In this document: positions 1 through 7,769 of the stretch, piece after piece | How positions within the stretch are numbered: the first letter of the stretch is position 1 | Layout of the letters: the number at the start of each line of letters is the position of its first letter | DNA from: a bacterium | Lineage (GTDB): Bacteria; UBA9089; JAHJRX01 | DNA length: 38,695 bases | Direction of reading: 5' to 3' | Assembly (NCBI GenBank): GCA_018830565.1 | Contig: JAHJRX010000035.1 | Location: 1 to 38,695, forward strand | Notes under the pieces: model-generated | Databases searched by the model: none | The model's input: the letters and a program-made list of their open reading frames with translations, nothing else | Told to the model about the DNA's origin: nothing | Program-made: the position numbers and the translations under genes

Positions 1-155
1 AGAAAGGTGCATATTCTTCCATTGGATCACCCTTGGAGGAAGTTTAAAATAAACCCATATAAAAGATCATTTTTATCTAATACAAAATAGGACATTTCTA
101 TTTAACGGAAAACAGGACATTTTCATTTTGCTGTTACAGGAGAAAAGATTGGATT

Positions 156-183
156 GGGGTCAGACCTCGAAAGCAGAATTAAC
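156..183. repeat. left terminal inverted repeat (28 bp) of the IS-like unit
   Basis: Exact reverse complement of 1171-1198, read directly from the sequence. Confidence 0.9.
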
Positions 184-1143
184 TATACCCTCTACTTTCT
201 TTTGAAATTCTTTATGTTTGTTTATCTGTTCTTTTACTCGAATACTTGTTTTACCTATTGCAGTCGAAGTTACTCCAAACATCTCACCTATTTTCTTATT
301 ACTCAATCCAGTGTAACTATATAAAATATAAATCGCTACATCCCTGGCTGTCTCCTGCCGAAATCTTCTCCTTTTTATTATTCTATCCTTCTCTACCCCA
401 AATCCATTTATTACTGCATCTAATACCTTTTCAGCAACTTCGTTATCACCCAACCTTCTCTGTTGTGGTAATTCACTGTTTATAACCTTTCTGTTCACAA
501 ACTTCTTCTCTATCCAACTAACAAATTTATCACTACCTAAAACTAATCCATATCTTATCTTTTCTAAAATCCTCTTCTCCTGCCCACACCTCTCCATTAT
601 TAACTGTTGATATTTAATCCGGGCATCTTCTTCACTCTTCCCTAATCCTCTTAATACCTCTTCTCTCAATACCCATTTATGTACTTTCTTTATCCCTGCA
701 TAATCATGATAACTGCTCCATTTATACTCATTTAATTCCTTTACCATTCCTGCCCGAATTGGATTTAAGTGAATATAAAAACTTAAGTTTTCCCAGTAAT
801 TTTCTTCACCTACAAGTATGCTTTTATATCGTCCTTGAAATAAATGTCCGCTTCTGTTATGTCTCCGATTGTAGTAAACACTATAAGATGTTTGTAACCA
901 CTGTATTGCCCTGGAAAGATTTGCCTCTTTAGTACGCAATAATAAATGATAATGATTCCCCATTAGCACAAATGCAAAAATCTCTATCCCAAATTTCTCT
1001 ACAACCTTCTCAAGGTATTCTAAAAAACGATGATAGTCTTCATTAATGGTATATATCTCTCCTTGAGCAACTCCTCTTGACATAACATGATAAACTGCAC
1101 CTTCGTATTGTATTCTCCAAGGTCTTGCCATAATAGTTCTCAT
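160..1143 (-). CDS. Y1 (HUH) tyrosine transposase of the IS200-like / REP-associated (RayT-like) class, fused to a C-terminal DnaA domain-IV-like HTH
   Basis: 327 aa. HUH motif GNHYHLLL. C-terminal segment RDVAIYILYSYTGLSNKKIGEMFGVTSTAIGKTSIRVKEQ resembles the DnaA C-terminal DNA-binding domain (R.IAMYL....S...IG..FG.RDHTTV). The ORF lies between the 28-bp IRs. Confidence 0.7.
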   Translation of the reverse strand: MRTIMARPWRIQYEGAVYHVMSRGVAQGEIYTINEDYHRFLEYLEKVVEKFGIEIFAFVLMGNHYHLLLRTKEANLSRAIQWLQTSYSVYYNRRHNRSGHLFQGRYKSILVGEENYWENLSFYIHLNPIRAGMVKELNEYKWSSYHDYAGIKKVHKWVLREEVLRGLGKSEEDARIKYQQLIMERCGQEKRILEKIRYGLVLGSDKFVSWIEKKFVNRKVINSELPQQRRLGDNEVAEKVLDAVINGFGVEKDRIIKRRRFRQETARDVAIYILYSYTGLSNKKIGEMFGVTSTAIGKTSIRVKEQINKHKEFQKKVEGIVNSAFEV

Positions 1144-1170
1144 AATAACACATCATTCTTATTTTGCCAA

Positions 1171-1198
1171 GTTAATTCTGCTTTCGAGGTCTGACCCC
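1171..1198. repeat. right terminal inverted repeat (28 bp) of the IS-like unit
   Basis: Exact reverse complement of 156-183. Confidence 0.9.
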
Positions 1199-1216
1199 TA
1201 CTATGATAAAAAAAGC

Positions 1217-1245
1217 TTGATTTTAGTTATAAAAAAACATAAGAT
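1217..1245 (+). promoter_or_regulatory. candidate sigma70-like promoter (TTGATT-17-TAAGAT) immediately outside the IS right end, reading into the BioB-like gene
   Basis: TTGATT at 1217-1222, a 17-nt spacer, TAAGAT at 1240-1245. The ATG at 1255 has no Shine-Dalgarno, so the transcript may be leaderless. Hexamers in an AT-rich genome are weak evidence. Confidence 0.25.
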
Positions 1246-1254
1246 AACTTAGAA

Positions 1255-2238
1255 ATGATTGATGAAAGATTAACAAAGATAGCTTTATTAGTTATAAAAG
1301 GTCTTGATTTAGGGATAGATGATGCTCTTTATTTAACTCAAACTCCTTTATTTGAACTTTTATTCTGGGCAAATTACCTTCGGGAAAAATTTAAAGATAA
1401 AAAGATTGATACTTGTAGCATTATCAATGCCAAAAGTGGTAAATGTTCCGAAGACTGTAAGTTTTGTGCTCAATCAGCTCTTTATCAAACCCAAATTCTT
1501 ACGCATCCCTTAGTAGAAGAAAAAAAGATCTTAGCAGAAGCACATCAAGCAAAGCTTGACGGAGCCAAGAGGTTTGGCATCGTAACTAGTGGTAGAAAGC
1601 TTAACTCAAAAGAGATAGAAAGAGTCTGCCAAGCTATCAAATCTCTAAATCAAGAAGGTGAAATTCTTCCTTGTGCTTCTTTAGGCAAGCTCACTTTGGA
1701 ATATATTCATTTCCTTAAGGAAGTAGGCTTAAAAAGATATCATCATAACTTAGAAACTTCAGAAGATTTTTTTTCAAAGCTTTGCTTGAGTCATTCTCAT
1801 GCAGAAAGAGTAGAAACTATTAAATTGGTAAAAGAAGCAGGACTTGAGGTTTGTTCAGGTGGCATTTTTGGGGTAGGAGAGACATGGCAGGATAGGATTA
1901 ATGTTGCTTTCAAGTTACGAGAGTTAAGGGTTGACTCTATTCCCTTAAATTTTCTTAATCCTATTTCTGGTACTCCTTTAAGTAGTATAGAGAGAATAGC
2001 TCCATTTGAGATATTACGAATAATTGCCCTCTTTAGATTTATTCATCCTCAAAGAGATATCAGATTAGGTGGCGGGCGAGATGTTAACCTCAGGGATCTT
2101 CAAGCCTGGATGTATTATGCTGGAGCTAATGGAGTGATGATTGGAAATTACCTCACTACCTCAGGAAGACCACCAGAAGAAGATCTTAGGTTCATCAAAG
2201 ACTTTGAGCTGGAAGTGGGTCTAGAGAGGAAAGATTAA
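1255..2238 (+). CDS. biotin synthase (BioB) family radical SAM protein
   Basis: CSEDCKFCAQS matches the radical-SAM CxxxCxxC motif. BioB-like blocks include YHHNLETS, EVCSGGIFGVGET, LPCASLG and DIRLGGGR. The position equivalent to E. coli BioB Cys97 is Gly (KRFGIVTSGR), so the auxiliary [2Fe-2S] ligand set is incomplete. No bioF/bioA/bioD are in the window. Confidence 0.65.
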   Translation: MIDERLTKIALLVIKGLDLGIDDALYLTQTPLFELLFWANYLREKFKDKKIDTCSIINAKSGKCSEDCKFCAQSALYQTQILTHPLVEEKKILAEAHQAKLDGAKRFGIVTSGRKLNSKEIERVCQAIKSLNQEGEILPCASLGKLTLEYIHFLKEVGLKRYHHNLETSEDFFSKLCLSHSHAERVETIKLVKEAGLEVCSGGIFGVGETWQDRINVAFKLRELRVDSIPLNFLNPISGTPLSSIERIAPFEILRIIALFRFIHPQRDIRLGGGRDVNLRDLQAWMYYAGANGVMIGNYLTTSGRPPEEDLRFIKDFELEVGLERKD

Positions 2239-2242
2239 AGAA

Positions 2243-3067
2243 GTGCCAGAAGAAAAGAGTAAAAAGACAAGGATGGAGATTAAGGAAAAGATAGAGCAGG
2301 TAGAAGTTCTTCTCAAAAAAATGGGTAGTGTTTTAGTAGCTTACTCTGGTGGGGTAGATTCTACACTGGTCATTGAGATAGCTCGTAGGACATTAGGAGA
2401 AAAGGTATTAGCAGTTACTGCTAAATCTCCTCTTTATTCTACAGAGGAGCTTAAAGTAGCAAAAGCTATGGCAAAAAAATTAAAAGTAGCTCATTTGATA
2501 ATCGAAGGAGATGAATTAAATATCCCTGGTTTTGTTGACAATCCTAAAAATAGATGTTATCTTTGTAAAAAAGAATTATTTGAAAAACTTTTTCAAATAG
2601 CTGCCAAATACAAGCTTTCTTATGTTTTAGATGGCTCAAATGTTTCTGATATTTCTGATTTTCGACCAGGTAGGCAAGCAGCTAAAGAGCTTGGTGTCTG
2701 CTCACCTTTAGAAGAAGTAGGCTTGACCAAAGATGAAGTGCGACAGGTATCAAAGATGATGGGTTTATCTACTTACCACAAACCTTCCTCAGCTTGTTTG
2801 GCCTCTCGGTTTCCTTATGGTAAACAAATTAGCTTTGAGACCTTAAAGATGGTAGAGAAAGCAGAAGAATACCTTAGAAGATTAGGTATCTGGCAAGTTC
2901 GAGTAAGACATTATGAAAATCTCTGTCGAATTGAAGTAGAAAGACAAGACTTGCCTATTCTTTTAGCTAAACAAGGGAGAATAGTTGACAAATTTAAGAA
3001 ACTTGGCTACATTTATGTGACTCTCGACTTAGCAGGGTATCGCTCTGGAAGTATGAACGAGGAGTAA
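2243..3067 (+). CDS. larE: LarE-like PP-loop ATP pyrophosphatase / sulfurtransferase (ATP-dependent sulfur transferase family)
   Basis: PP-loop SGGVDST near the N-terminus. An ACLASR-type Cys motif is present at SSACLASRFPYG, plus a CYLCKK pair. Three Cys is compatible with the [4Fe-4S]-type LarE subfamily. Confidence 0.6.
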   Translation: MPEEKSKKTRMEIKEKIEQVEVLLKKMGSVLVAYSGGVDSTLVIEIARRTLGEKVLAVTAKSPLYSTEELKVAKAMAKKLKVAHLIIEGDELNIPGFVDNPKNRCYLCKKELFEKLFQIAAKYKLSYVLDGSNVSDISDFRPGRQAAKELGVCSPLEEVGLTKDEVRQVSKMMGLSTYHKPSSACLASRFPYGKQISFETLKMVEKAEEYLRRLGIWQVRVRHYENLCRIEVERQDLPILLAKQGRIVDKFKKLGYIYVTLDLAGYRSGSMNEE

Positions 3068-3070
3068 AAA

Positions 3071-4150
3071 ATGGCCAAACGAGTGGTAATAGCCATGAGT
3101 GGCGGAGTAGATTCCTCTACCGCCGCCTACTTACTCAAAGAAGCAGGGTATGAGGTGGTGGGTATTACCATGGATCTTCTCCCGTCCAGCTGTAAAATTG
3201 AAAAAGCAGATAGTTGTTGTTCTTTGCAAGCATTTCCTGATGCTCAAGATATAGCTGATCAATTAAAGATTGAATATTATCTCCTTGATTATAAAGAAGA
3301 GTTTGAAAGAGAAGTAGTCAGATATTTTGTGAATGAGTACCTTAATGGTCAGACTCCAAATCCGTGCGTGGTTTGTAATGCCAAAGTAAAGTTTGGTTTA
3401 TTGCTTGATAAAGCTAAACAATTAGGAGCAGATTATTTAGCTACTGGTCATTATGCCAGAGTCTTAAAAAAAGATGGACGGTATGTTATTGAAAAAGGAA
3501 AGGATCTAACCAAGGATCAGTCTTATTTTTTATATCGTCTTTCTCAGTATCAGCTAAAACATCTCCTTATGCCTCTCGGTGAACACAAAAAAGAAGAAGT
3601 AAGAAAGATAGCTTATTCCAGAGGGTTAAAAGTTTATAATAAACCAGAAAGTCAGGAAATATGTTTTATTCCTGATAATCATTATCAGGAGTTTATTAAA
3701 AAGAGATTAGATAAAGATCAAGAGCCTGGTTTAATTTTAGATAAAAGCAATAAGATATTAGGTAGGCATCCAGGGGTAGCTTTTTTTACGATTGGCCAAC
3801 GTAAAGGATTAGGCATTGCTACAGGCAAGCCACTTTATGTCTTGTCTATTGACTCTAAAAAGAATGTTCTGGTAGTTGGCGAAGAAGCTTTATTGTATCG
3901 TCGAGAATTAATAGCTCAGGAAGTAAACTGGATTGCTATGGAAAAGCTGACCGCAGAGATGGAGGTTATGGCTAAGATTCGCTTTCTTCATAAGGAAGCC
4001 GAGGCTATTATTACTCCAATCTTAGATGGAAAAGTAAGGATAAAATTTAAAGAACCACAGCGAGCTATAGCTTGCGGTCAATCAGTAGTCTTTTATCAAG
4101 AGGGGGTGATTACAGGAGGAGGGGTAATTGGAAAAGAAGATACCTCTTGA
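3071..4150 (+). CDS. mnmA: tRNA-specific 2-thiouridylase MnmA
   Basis: N-terminal PP-loop MSGGVDSS. The 359-aa length and overall block pattern are typical of MnmA/TrmU. Confidence 0.8.
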   Translation: MAKRVVIAMSGGVDSSTAAYLLKEAGYEVVGITMDLLPSSCKIEKADSCCSLQAFPDAQDIADQLKIEYYLLDYKEEFEREVVRYFVNEYLNGQTPNPCVVCNAKVKFGLLLDKAKQLGADYLATGHYARVLKKDGRYVIEKGKDLTKDQSYFLYRLSQYQLKHLLMPLGEHKKEEVRKIAYSRGLKVYNKPESQEICFIPDNHYQEFIKKRLDKDQEPGLILDKSNKILGRHPGVAFFTIGQRKGLGIATGKPLYVLSIDSKKNVLVVGEEALLYRRELIAQEVNWIAMEKLTAEMEVMAKIRFLHKEAEAIITPILDGKVRIKFKEPQRAIACGQSVVFYQEGVITGGGVIGKEDTS

Positions 4151-4961
4151 TGATAACGATTTACTCCAGATAAAGATGGAGGCAGAAGTAGAAAGTTTTA
4201 AAATAACGAGAATTAGATTAAAAGAAAAAGAAGAGGTTGAGGACAAAGTAATTAAAGAAACTCCCTTAACTATCTTTCTAAACGGAGAAGAATTAGTAAC
4301 TTTACTCTGCACTCCTTGTCAGCTAATATATTTAGCGATAGGATTTTTAGCTGGTGAGGGTTTTATAAAGAAGAAAGAAGATATCAAGGATATCTCCCTC
4401 GATCAAGAAAGAGGTATCATCAAGGTTGAGGTAGAAGATAGTTTAGAGTTAGTAAAAAAGAGTTTTGCCAAAAGAATGATTACCTCAGGGTGCGGAAAGG
4501 GAACTATATTTTATTCAATTAATGATGTCTTAGGTTCTTCTATCATCCAGAGTAAGATGAAGCTTCATTACTCTGAGGTTTTAAACTTAATGAGAGAATT
4601 TCAAAATAGCTCTCTTTTATTTAAAAAGACTGGTGGTGTTCACAGCTGTGCCTTATGCCAAGATGGAAAGATTCTCAAATTTCAAGAAGATCTTGGTCGA
4701 CATAATGCCTTAGACAAGGTTTTAGGGGAATGCTTCTGGGAAGGAGTTTTTACTTTAGACAAGCTCATCTTGACCAGCGGTAGGATAACTTCAGAAATCT
4801 TACTTAAGGTGGCAAAATGGGAAATTCCAATGATTATTTCTCACGGCGCTCCTACTGACTTGGCCATTAAACTGGCAGAAAAACTTGGCCTAACTCTGGT
4901 AGGCTTTGTGCGTGGGGAAAAGATGAATATTTATACTTATGAAGAAAGAATTTTAATTTAA
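4128..4961 (+). CDS. fdhD: FdhD/NarQ-family sulfur-carrier protein (formate dehydrogenase accessory sulfurtransferase)
   Basis: SGCGKG Cys loop and a GGVHSCAL block. The ORF overlaps the mnmA 3' end by 23 nt; an alternative start is Met16 at 4173. Confidence 0.6.
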   Translation: MEKKIPLDDNDLLQIKMEAEVESFKITRIRLKEKEEVEDKVIKETPLTIFLNGEELVTLLCTPCQLIYLAIGFLAGEGFIKKKEDIKDISLDQERGIIKVEVEDSLELVKKSFAKRMITSGCGKGTIFYSINDVLGSSIIQSKMKLHYSEVLNLMREFQNSSLLFKKTGGVHSCALCQDGKILKFQEDLGRHNALDKVLGECFWEGVFTLDKLILTSGRITSEILLKVAKWEIPMIISHGAPTDLAIKLAEKLGLTLVGFVRGEKMNIYTYEERILI

Positions 4962-4973
4962 AGGAGAAGGGGA

Positions 4974-5879
4974 ATGCAAAAAGATTTAGTGGCCAAGATA
5001 GAAAGTTTAAAAAAGGAGAAAAAGGTGGTTATTTTAGCTCATAACTACCAAAGAGGTGAAGTTCAAGACATTGCTGATTTCGTAGGAGATTCTATCGATC
5101 TTTCCAGGAAAGCAGCTACTACTTCAGCTGAGATTATACTCTTTTGTGGAGTGCTATTTATGGCAGAAGCTGCCAAGATTTTATCTCCAGGGAAAGTAGT
5201 TTTACTACCAGATTTAAAGGCAGGTTGCCCCTTAGCTAATATGATTACTCTTAAAGAACTCCGCCAAAAGAAAAAGGAGTATCCAGGGGCAGTGGTGGTT
5301 TGTTATGTCAACTCAGCCGTAGAGATTAAAGCAGAGTCAGATATATGCTGCACTTCTGCCAATGCAGTAAAAGTAGTAGAGTCAATTCCTCAAGATAAAG
5401 AGATCATCTTCATTCCCGATAAATGGTTAGGAGACTATACTTCCAGAATAGCCAAAAGAAGATTAATCTTATGGGATGGTTATTGTGCTACTCACCTGAA
5501 GATCTTACCAGAAAATATCTTACTTCTTAAGGAACGTTATCCAAAAGCTGAAATCATTGTTCATCCAGAATGTACTCGTGATGTAATAGAGATGGCTGAT
5601 CAAGCCCTAAGTACTATGGGCATAGTTAAATGGGTCAAGGAATCAAAAGCCACGGAATTTATTATTGGAACCGAAAATGGCATCATCCATCGATTAAAGA
5701 AAGAAAACCCAGAGAAGAGATTCTTCCCAGCTTCAGTCTTAGCTGAATGTCCTAATATGAAATTAACTACCTTAGAAAAAGTTTTGTGGGCATTAGAAGA
5801 GATGAAATACCAAATAGAAATTGAGGAAGATATTCGCCTAAAAGCAAAGAAAGCCGTGGAGAGAATGCTTGAGATCTAA
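4974..5879 (+). CDS. nadA: quinolinate synthase NadA
   Basis: N-terminal HNYQRGEVQDIADFVGDS. Three conserved cluster Cys are present (AGCPLA, GYCATH, AECPNM). Length is 301 aa, and a GGAGAAGGGGA ribosome-binding site sits upstream. Confidence 0.85.
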   Translation: MQKDLVAKIESLKKEKKVVILAHNYQRGEVQDIADFVGDSIDLSRKAATTSAEIILFCGVLFMAEAAKILSPGKVVLLPDLKAGCPLANMITLKELRQKKKEYPGAVVVCYVNSAVEIKAESDICCTSANAVKVVESIPQDKEIIFIPDKWLGDYTSRIAKRRLILWDGYCATHLKILPENILLLKERYPKAEIIVHPECTRDVIEMADQALSTMGIVKWVKESKATEFIIGTENGIIHRLKKENPEKRFFPASVLAECPNMKLTTLEKVLWALEEMKYQIEIEEDIRLKAKKAVERMLEI

Positions 5880-6092
5880 TCAAGCAAAACAAGTTGGCTA
5901 AAAAACATTACTTGAAATCTCAGATTGTTGTTTATGCTCCTAATAGAATCTACAAAGAAAAAACCTTTAAATTTAAAAACTTACCAGTTGGTTAATTTGG
6001 TAGGGTTGTCATTATTTATTATCCTGACAATGATAGTAACCTATCAAGATATAGTCAGACTTATAACTTGAATAACAAACCAAGCAAAAAAG

Positions 6093-6140
6093 GTCCAGCC
6101 AAGAGGGAATAGAAATCTCTTGGCCGATAAGAAAAATATA
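6093..6140 (-). terminator. candidate rho-independent terminator for the minus-strand SPFH operon
   Basis: On the minus strand, stem GGCCAAGAG, an 11-nt loop, then CTCTTGGCC, followed by TGGACCTTTTTTG. The T-run starts 6 nt after the stem, about 85 nt downstream of the 6209 stop. Confidence 0.35.
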
Positions 6141-6208
6141 TCATGAAAAATAAATGCCAACATTAATGGCAACCAACGAGATTGAGCCTTAAAATTTCAT
6201 GATCAAGG

Positions 6209-6487
6209 TTAATCCTTGTCAAATGAGGATACCTTGATCATTTCTATGGGTAGTTCTCTACCACAATACTTGCAAACTACGGCATTTTCTTTAATGATCT
6301 CTGTACAGTAGAAGCATGCTTTAGTGTATCCTTTAGATGCCAAAGGTGGAAGGACAATAATAACCGCTATAAGTAACGGAGCAATTACACACAAGAAAAA
6401 CCACAAGATGGGGCTATGTCCCTTTTTTTTAGCGATAATACTTCCTACGATACCTACGATAATAAACAGAATAACAACTCTAAACAA
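6209..6487 (-). CDS. small membrane protein: two predicted TM helices plus a C-terminal zinc-ribbon (CxxC-x13-CxxC)
   Basis: 92 aa. Hydrophobic N-terminal two-thirds, then CFYCTEIIKENAVVCKYCGRE. TTG start with a weak Shine-Dalgarno. Lies immediately downstream of the SPFH gene on the same strand. Confidence 0.45.
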   Translation of the reverse strand: MFRVVILFIIVGIVGSIIAKKKGHSPILWFFLCVIAPLLIAVIIVLPPLASKGYTKACFYCTEIIKENAVVCKYCGRELPIEMIKVSSFDKD

Positions 6488-6518
6488 GGAATTCTCTACT
6501 TTTCTTATGATTATTTGT

Positions 6519-7376
6519 TTATCTTCTCTCTATTTCACCTGCACTAATAAATGGCACAGCGCCACTACCCGTAACTTGGGGAAGTATTCCGTTCCATTTA
6601 TCTATAGCTTTGAGGTTGGCCTCTATCTTTCTCAGTTCTATCAGGTCTGGTGTAATATTTACTTTCTGTAACCTTAATGACTCTGCCTCGGCTGTGGCTG
6701 CGGTAATCTTCTGCTCTGCCTCGATCTTTATCCTATCCAAGTCTCTCTTTGCCTTTAGGGCAAGTTGTTCTGCGGTTTGCTTTGACTCAATAGCTTCCGT
6801 AAATATCTCGGAGAAACTAAATGAGACAATAGAAAACGCATCAACGGCTATATTATACGCTAATAGTCTTTCAGCAAGTTCTTCTTTTATGGAATCGCTT
6901 ACTGCTGCCCTCTTGGTGATAAGCTCTTCTGCTGAATACTTGGCTGACACAGCTTTCATTACCTCTTGTATGGCCGGGTCTATAATCCGTTCCTTGAATT
7001 CTATCCCCAGAGTTTGATAGACAATATTTGCCTTATCAGGTATGACATGATAGTTGAGCGCCACCGCTGAACTCACATCCTGAAGATCAGCCGAGGCAGA
7101 TGCAGCATCTGTCCCTGTCTTCTGAACCTTAACATCCATCAGGACAACCTTCTGCATTATAGGTATCCTAAAATGCAGTCCTTCTCCAAGCACATCTTTC
7201 CCGACAGCGCCAAAATTAAGAACAATTCCTCTTTCGCCTGGCCCAACCATGGCCCATGGATGGAAAAACAAAAAGCCAATCAGAATTGCTCCAATAATTA
7301 CAGCCAGCCTCATAGGACCTCCCTTCATTGCAGACTGCATGGCCTCCTTAGCCCTATAAATATCTCTTTCATCCAT
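6519..7376 (-). CDS. SPFH/band-7 (prohibitin/HflC-like) membrane protein
   Basis: N-terminal TM helix, SPFH core (GERGIVLNFGAVGKDVLGEGLHFRIP) and a C-terminal coiled-coil Ala/Glu-rich tail. A GAGGAGG Shine-Dalgarno precedes the ATG. Confidence 0.8.
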   Translation of the reverse strand: MDERDIYRAKEAMQSAMKGGPMRLAVIIGAILIGFLFFHPWAMVGPGERGIVLNFGAVGKDVLGEGLHFRIPIMQKVVLMDVKVQKTGTDAASASADLQDVSSAVALNYHVIPDKANIVYQTLGIEFKERIIDPAIQEVMKAVSAKYSAEELITKRAAVSDSIKEELAERLLAYNIAVDAFSIVSFSFSEIFTEAIESKQTAEQLALKAKRDLDRIKIEAEQKITAATAEAESLRLQKVNITPDLIELRKIEANLKAIDKWNGILPQVTGSGAVPFISAGEIERR

Positions 7377-7452
7377 TATACTACCTCCTCTTTAAAAATT
7401 TTAGTTAACGGCTGGTGGATAAAAGAAGCCCAGCCCTTTTGACCTGTGGATT

Positions 7453-7653
7453 TTATATTTCGACATATTTCGATAAAATTCTTTTAAAATCACTGTTAGC
7501 TAAATTTAATTCTTTAATAATATACCAATGTTTAAATATTGTCCACTTAATTTTTTCTTTTGAGATTATTTTTGAGATTATAAGATCAATTCCTCTATCT
7601 ATTTCCTCTGGTAATACTCTGGTAATAATTTTCATTTTGGCAGGCTGTGGCAC
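7453..7653 (-). CDS. hypothetical small protein (66 aa), weakly supported
   Basis: Open frame with composition similar to neighbouring genes. GTG start without a clear Shine-Dalgarno. Sits in a 390-bp otherwise non-coding gap. Confidence 0.2.
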   Translation of the reverse strand: MPQPAKMKIITRVLPEEIDRGIDLIISKIISKEKIKWTIFKHWYIIKELNLANSDFKRILSKYVEI

Positions 7654-7668
7654 AAGCCAAAATATTAT

Positions 7669-7697
7669 TTGACAATTTCTATAAAAGCAATTACCAT
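7669..7697 (+). promoter_or_regulatory. candidate sigma70-like promoter for the radical SAM-GT2 operon (TTGACA-17-TACCAT)
   Basis: TTGACA at 7669-7674, a 17-nt spacer, TACCAT at 7692-7697, about 70 nt upstream of the TTG start at 7770. An AAAGGGG ribosome-binding site lies upstream of that start. Confidence 0.3.
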
Positions 7698-7769
7698 CTC
7701 ATTTAAGTTAACTTATTTACTTTAAATTTACTTTAAAATTTTGTCTTTTAAAAATAAAGGGGTCTTTAA

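Larger units (their letters stand above)
156..1198 (-). mobile_element. IS-like unit: a single Y1/HUH transposase gene bounded by perfect 28-bp terminal inverted repeats
   Basis: 156-183 GGGGTCAGACCTCGAAAGCAGAATTAAC is the exact reverse complement of 1171-1198. The pair encloses ORF 160-1143, and the left IR overlaps the last codons of that ORF. No target-site duplication is evident, as expected for IS200/IS605-type HUH elements. Confidence 0.6.

Noticed and set aside
1-155. Possible minus-strand gene start (ATGGAAGAATATGCACCTTTCT reading out of the window at ~38) upstream of the IS-like unit
   Set aside because: Only about 12 codons are visible inside the window and there is no strong ribosome-binding site, so it cannot be supported.
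246-485. 79-aa plus-strand ORF inside the transposase gene
   Set aside because: It lies entirely antisense to a well-supported 327-aa coding region, has low-complexity composition and no ribosome-binding site. The same reasoning applies to the antisense ORFs at 4082-4312, 6324-6671, 6610-7017, 7173-7442, 7415-7672, 9960-10145, 10921-11121, 11784-12032, 12172-12360, 12889-13089, 16109-16390, 17273-17494, 18297-18743, 19675-19866, 25839-26072, 31057-31248 and 35128-35316.
5985-6050. tRNA-like fragment (CCAGTTGGTTAATTTGGTAG resembles a D-arm, followed by a TTGTCA/TGACAA hairpin)
   Set aside because: No acceptor stem, a 6-bp stem with a 13-nt loop instead of a 5/7 anticodon arm, and no GTTCGA T-arm. 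This is not a tRNA; at most it is a degraded remnant or a coincidence.
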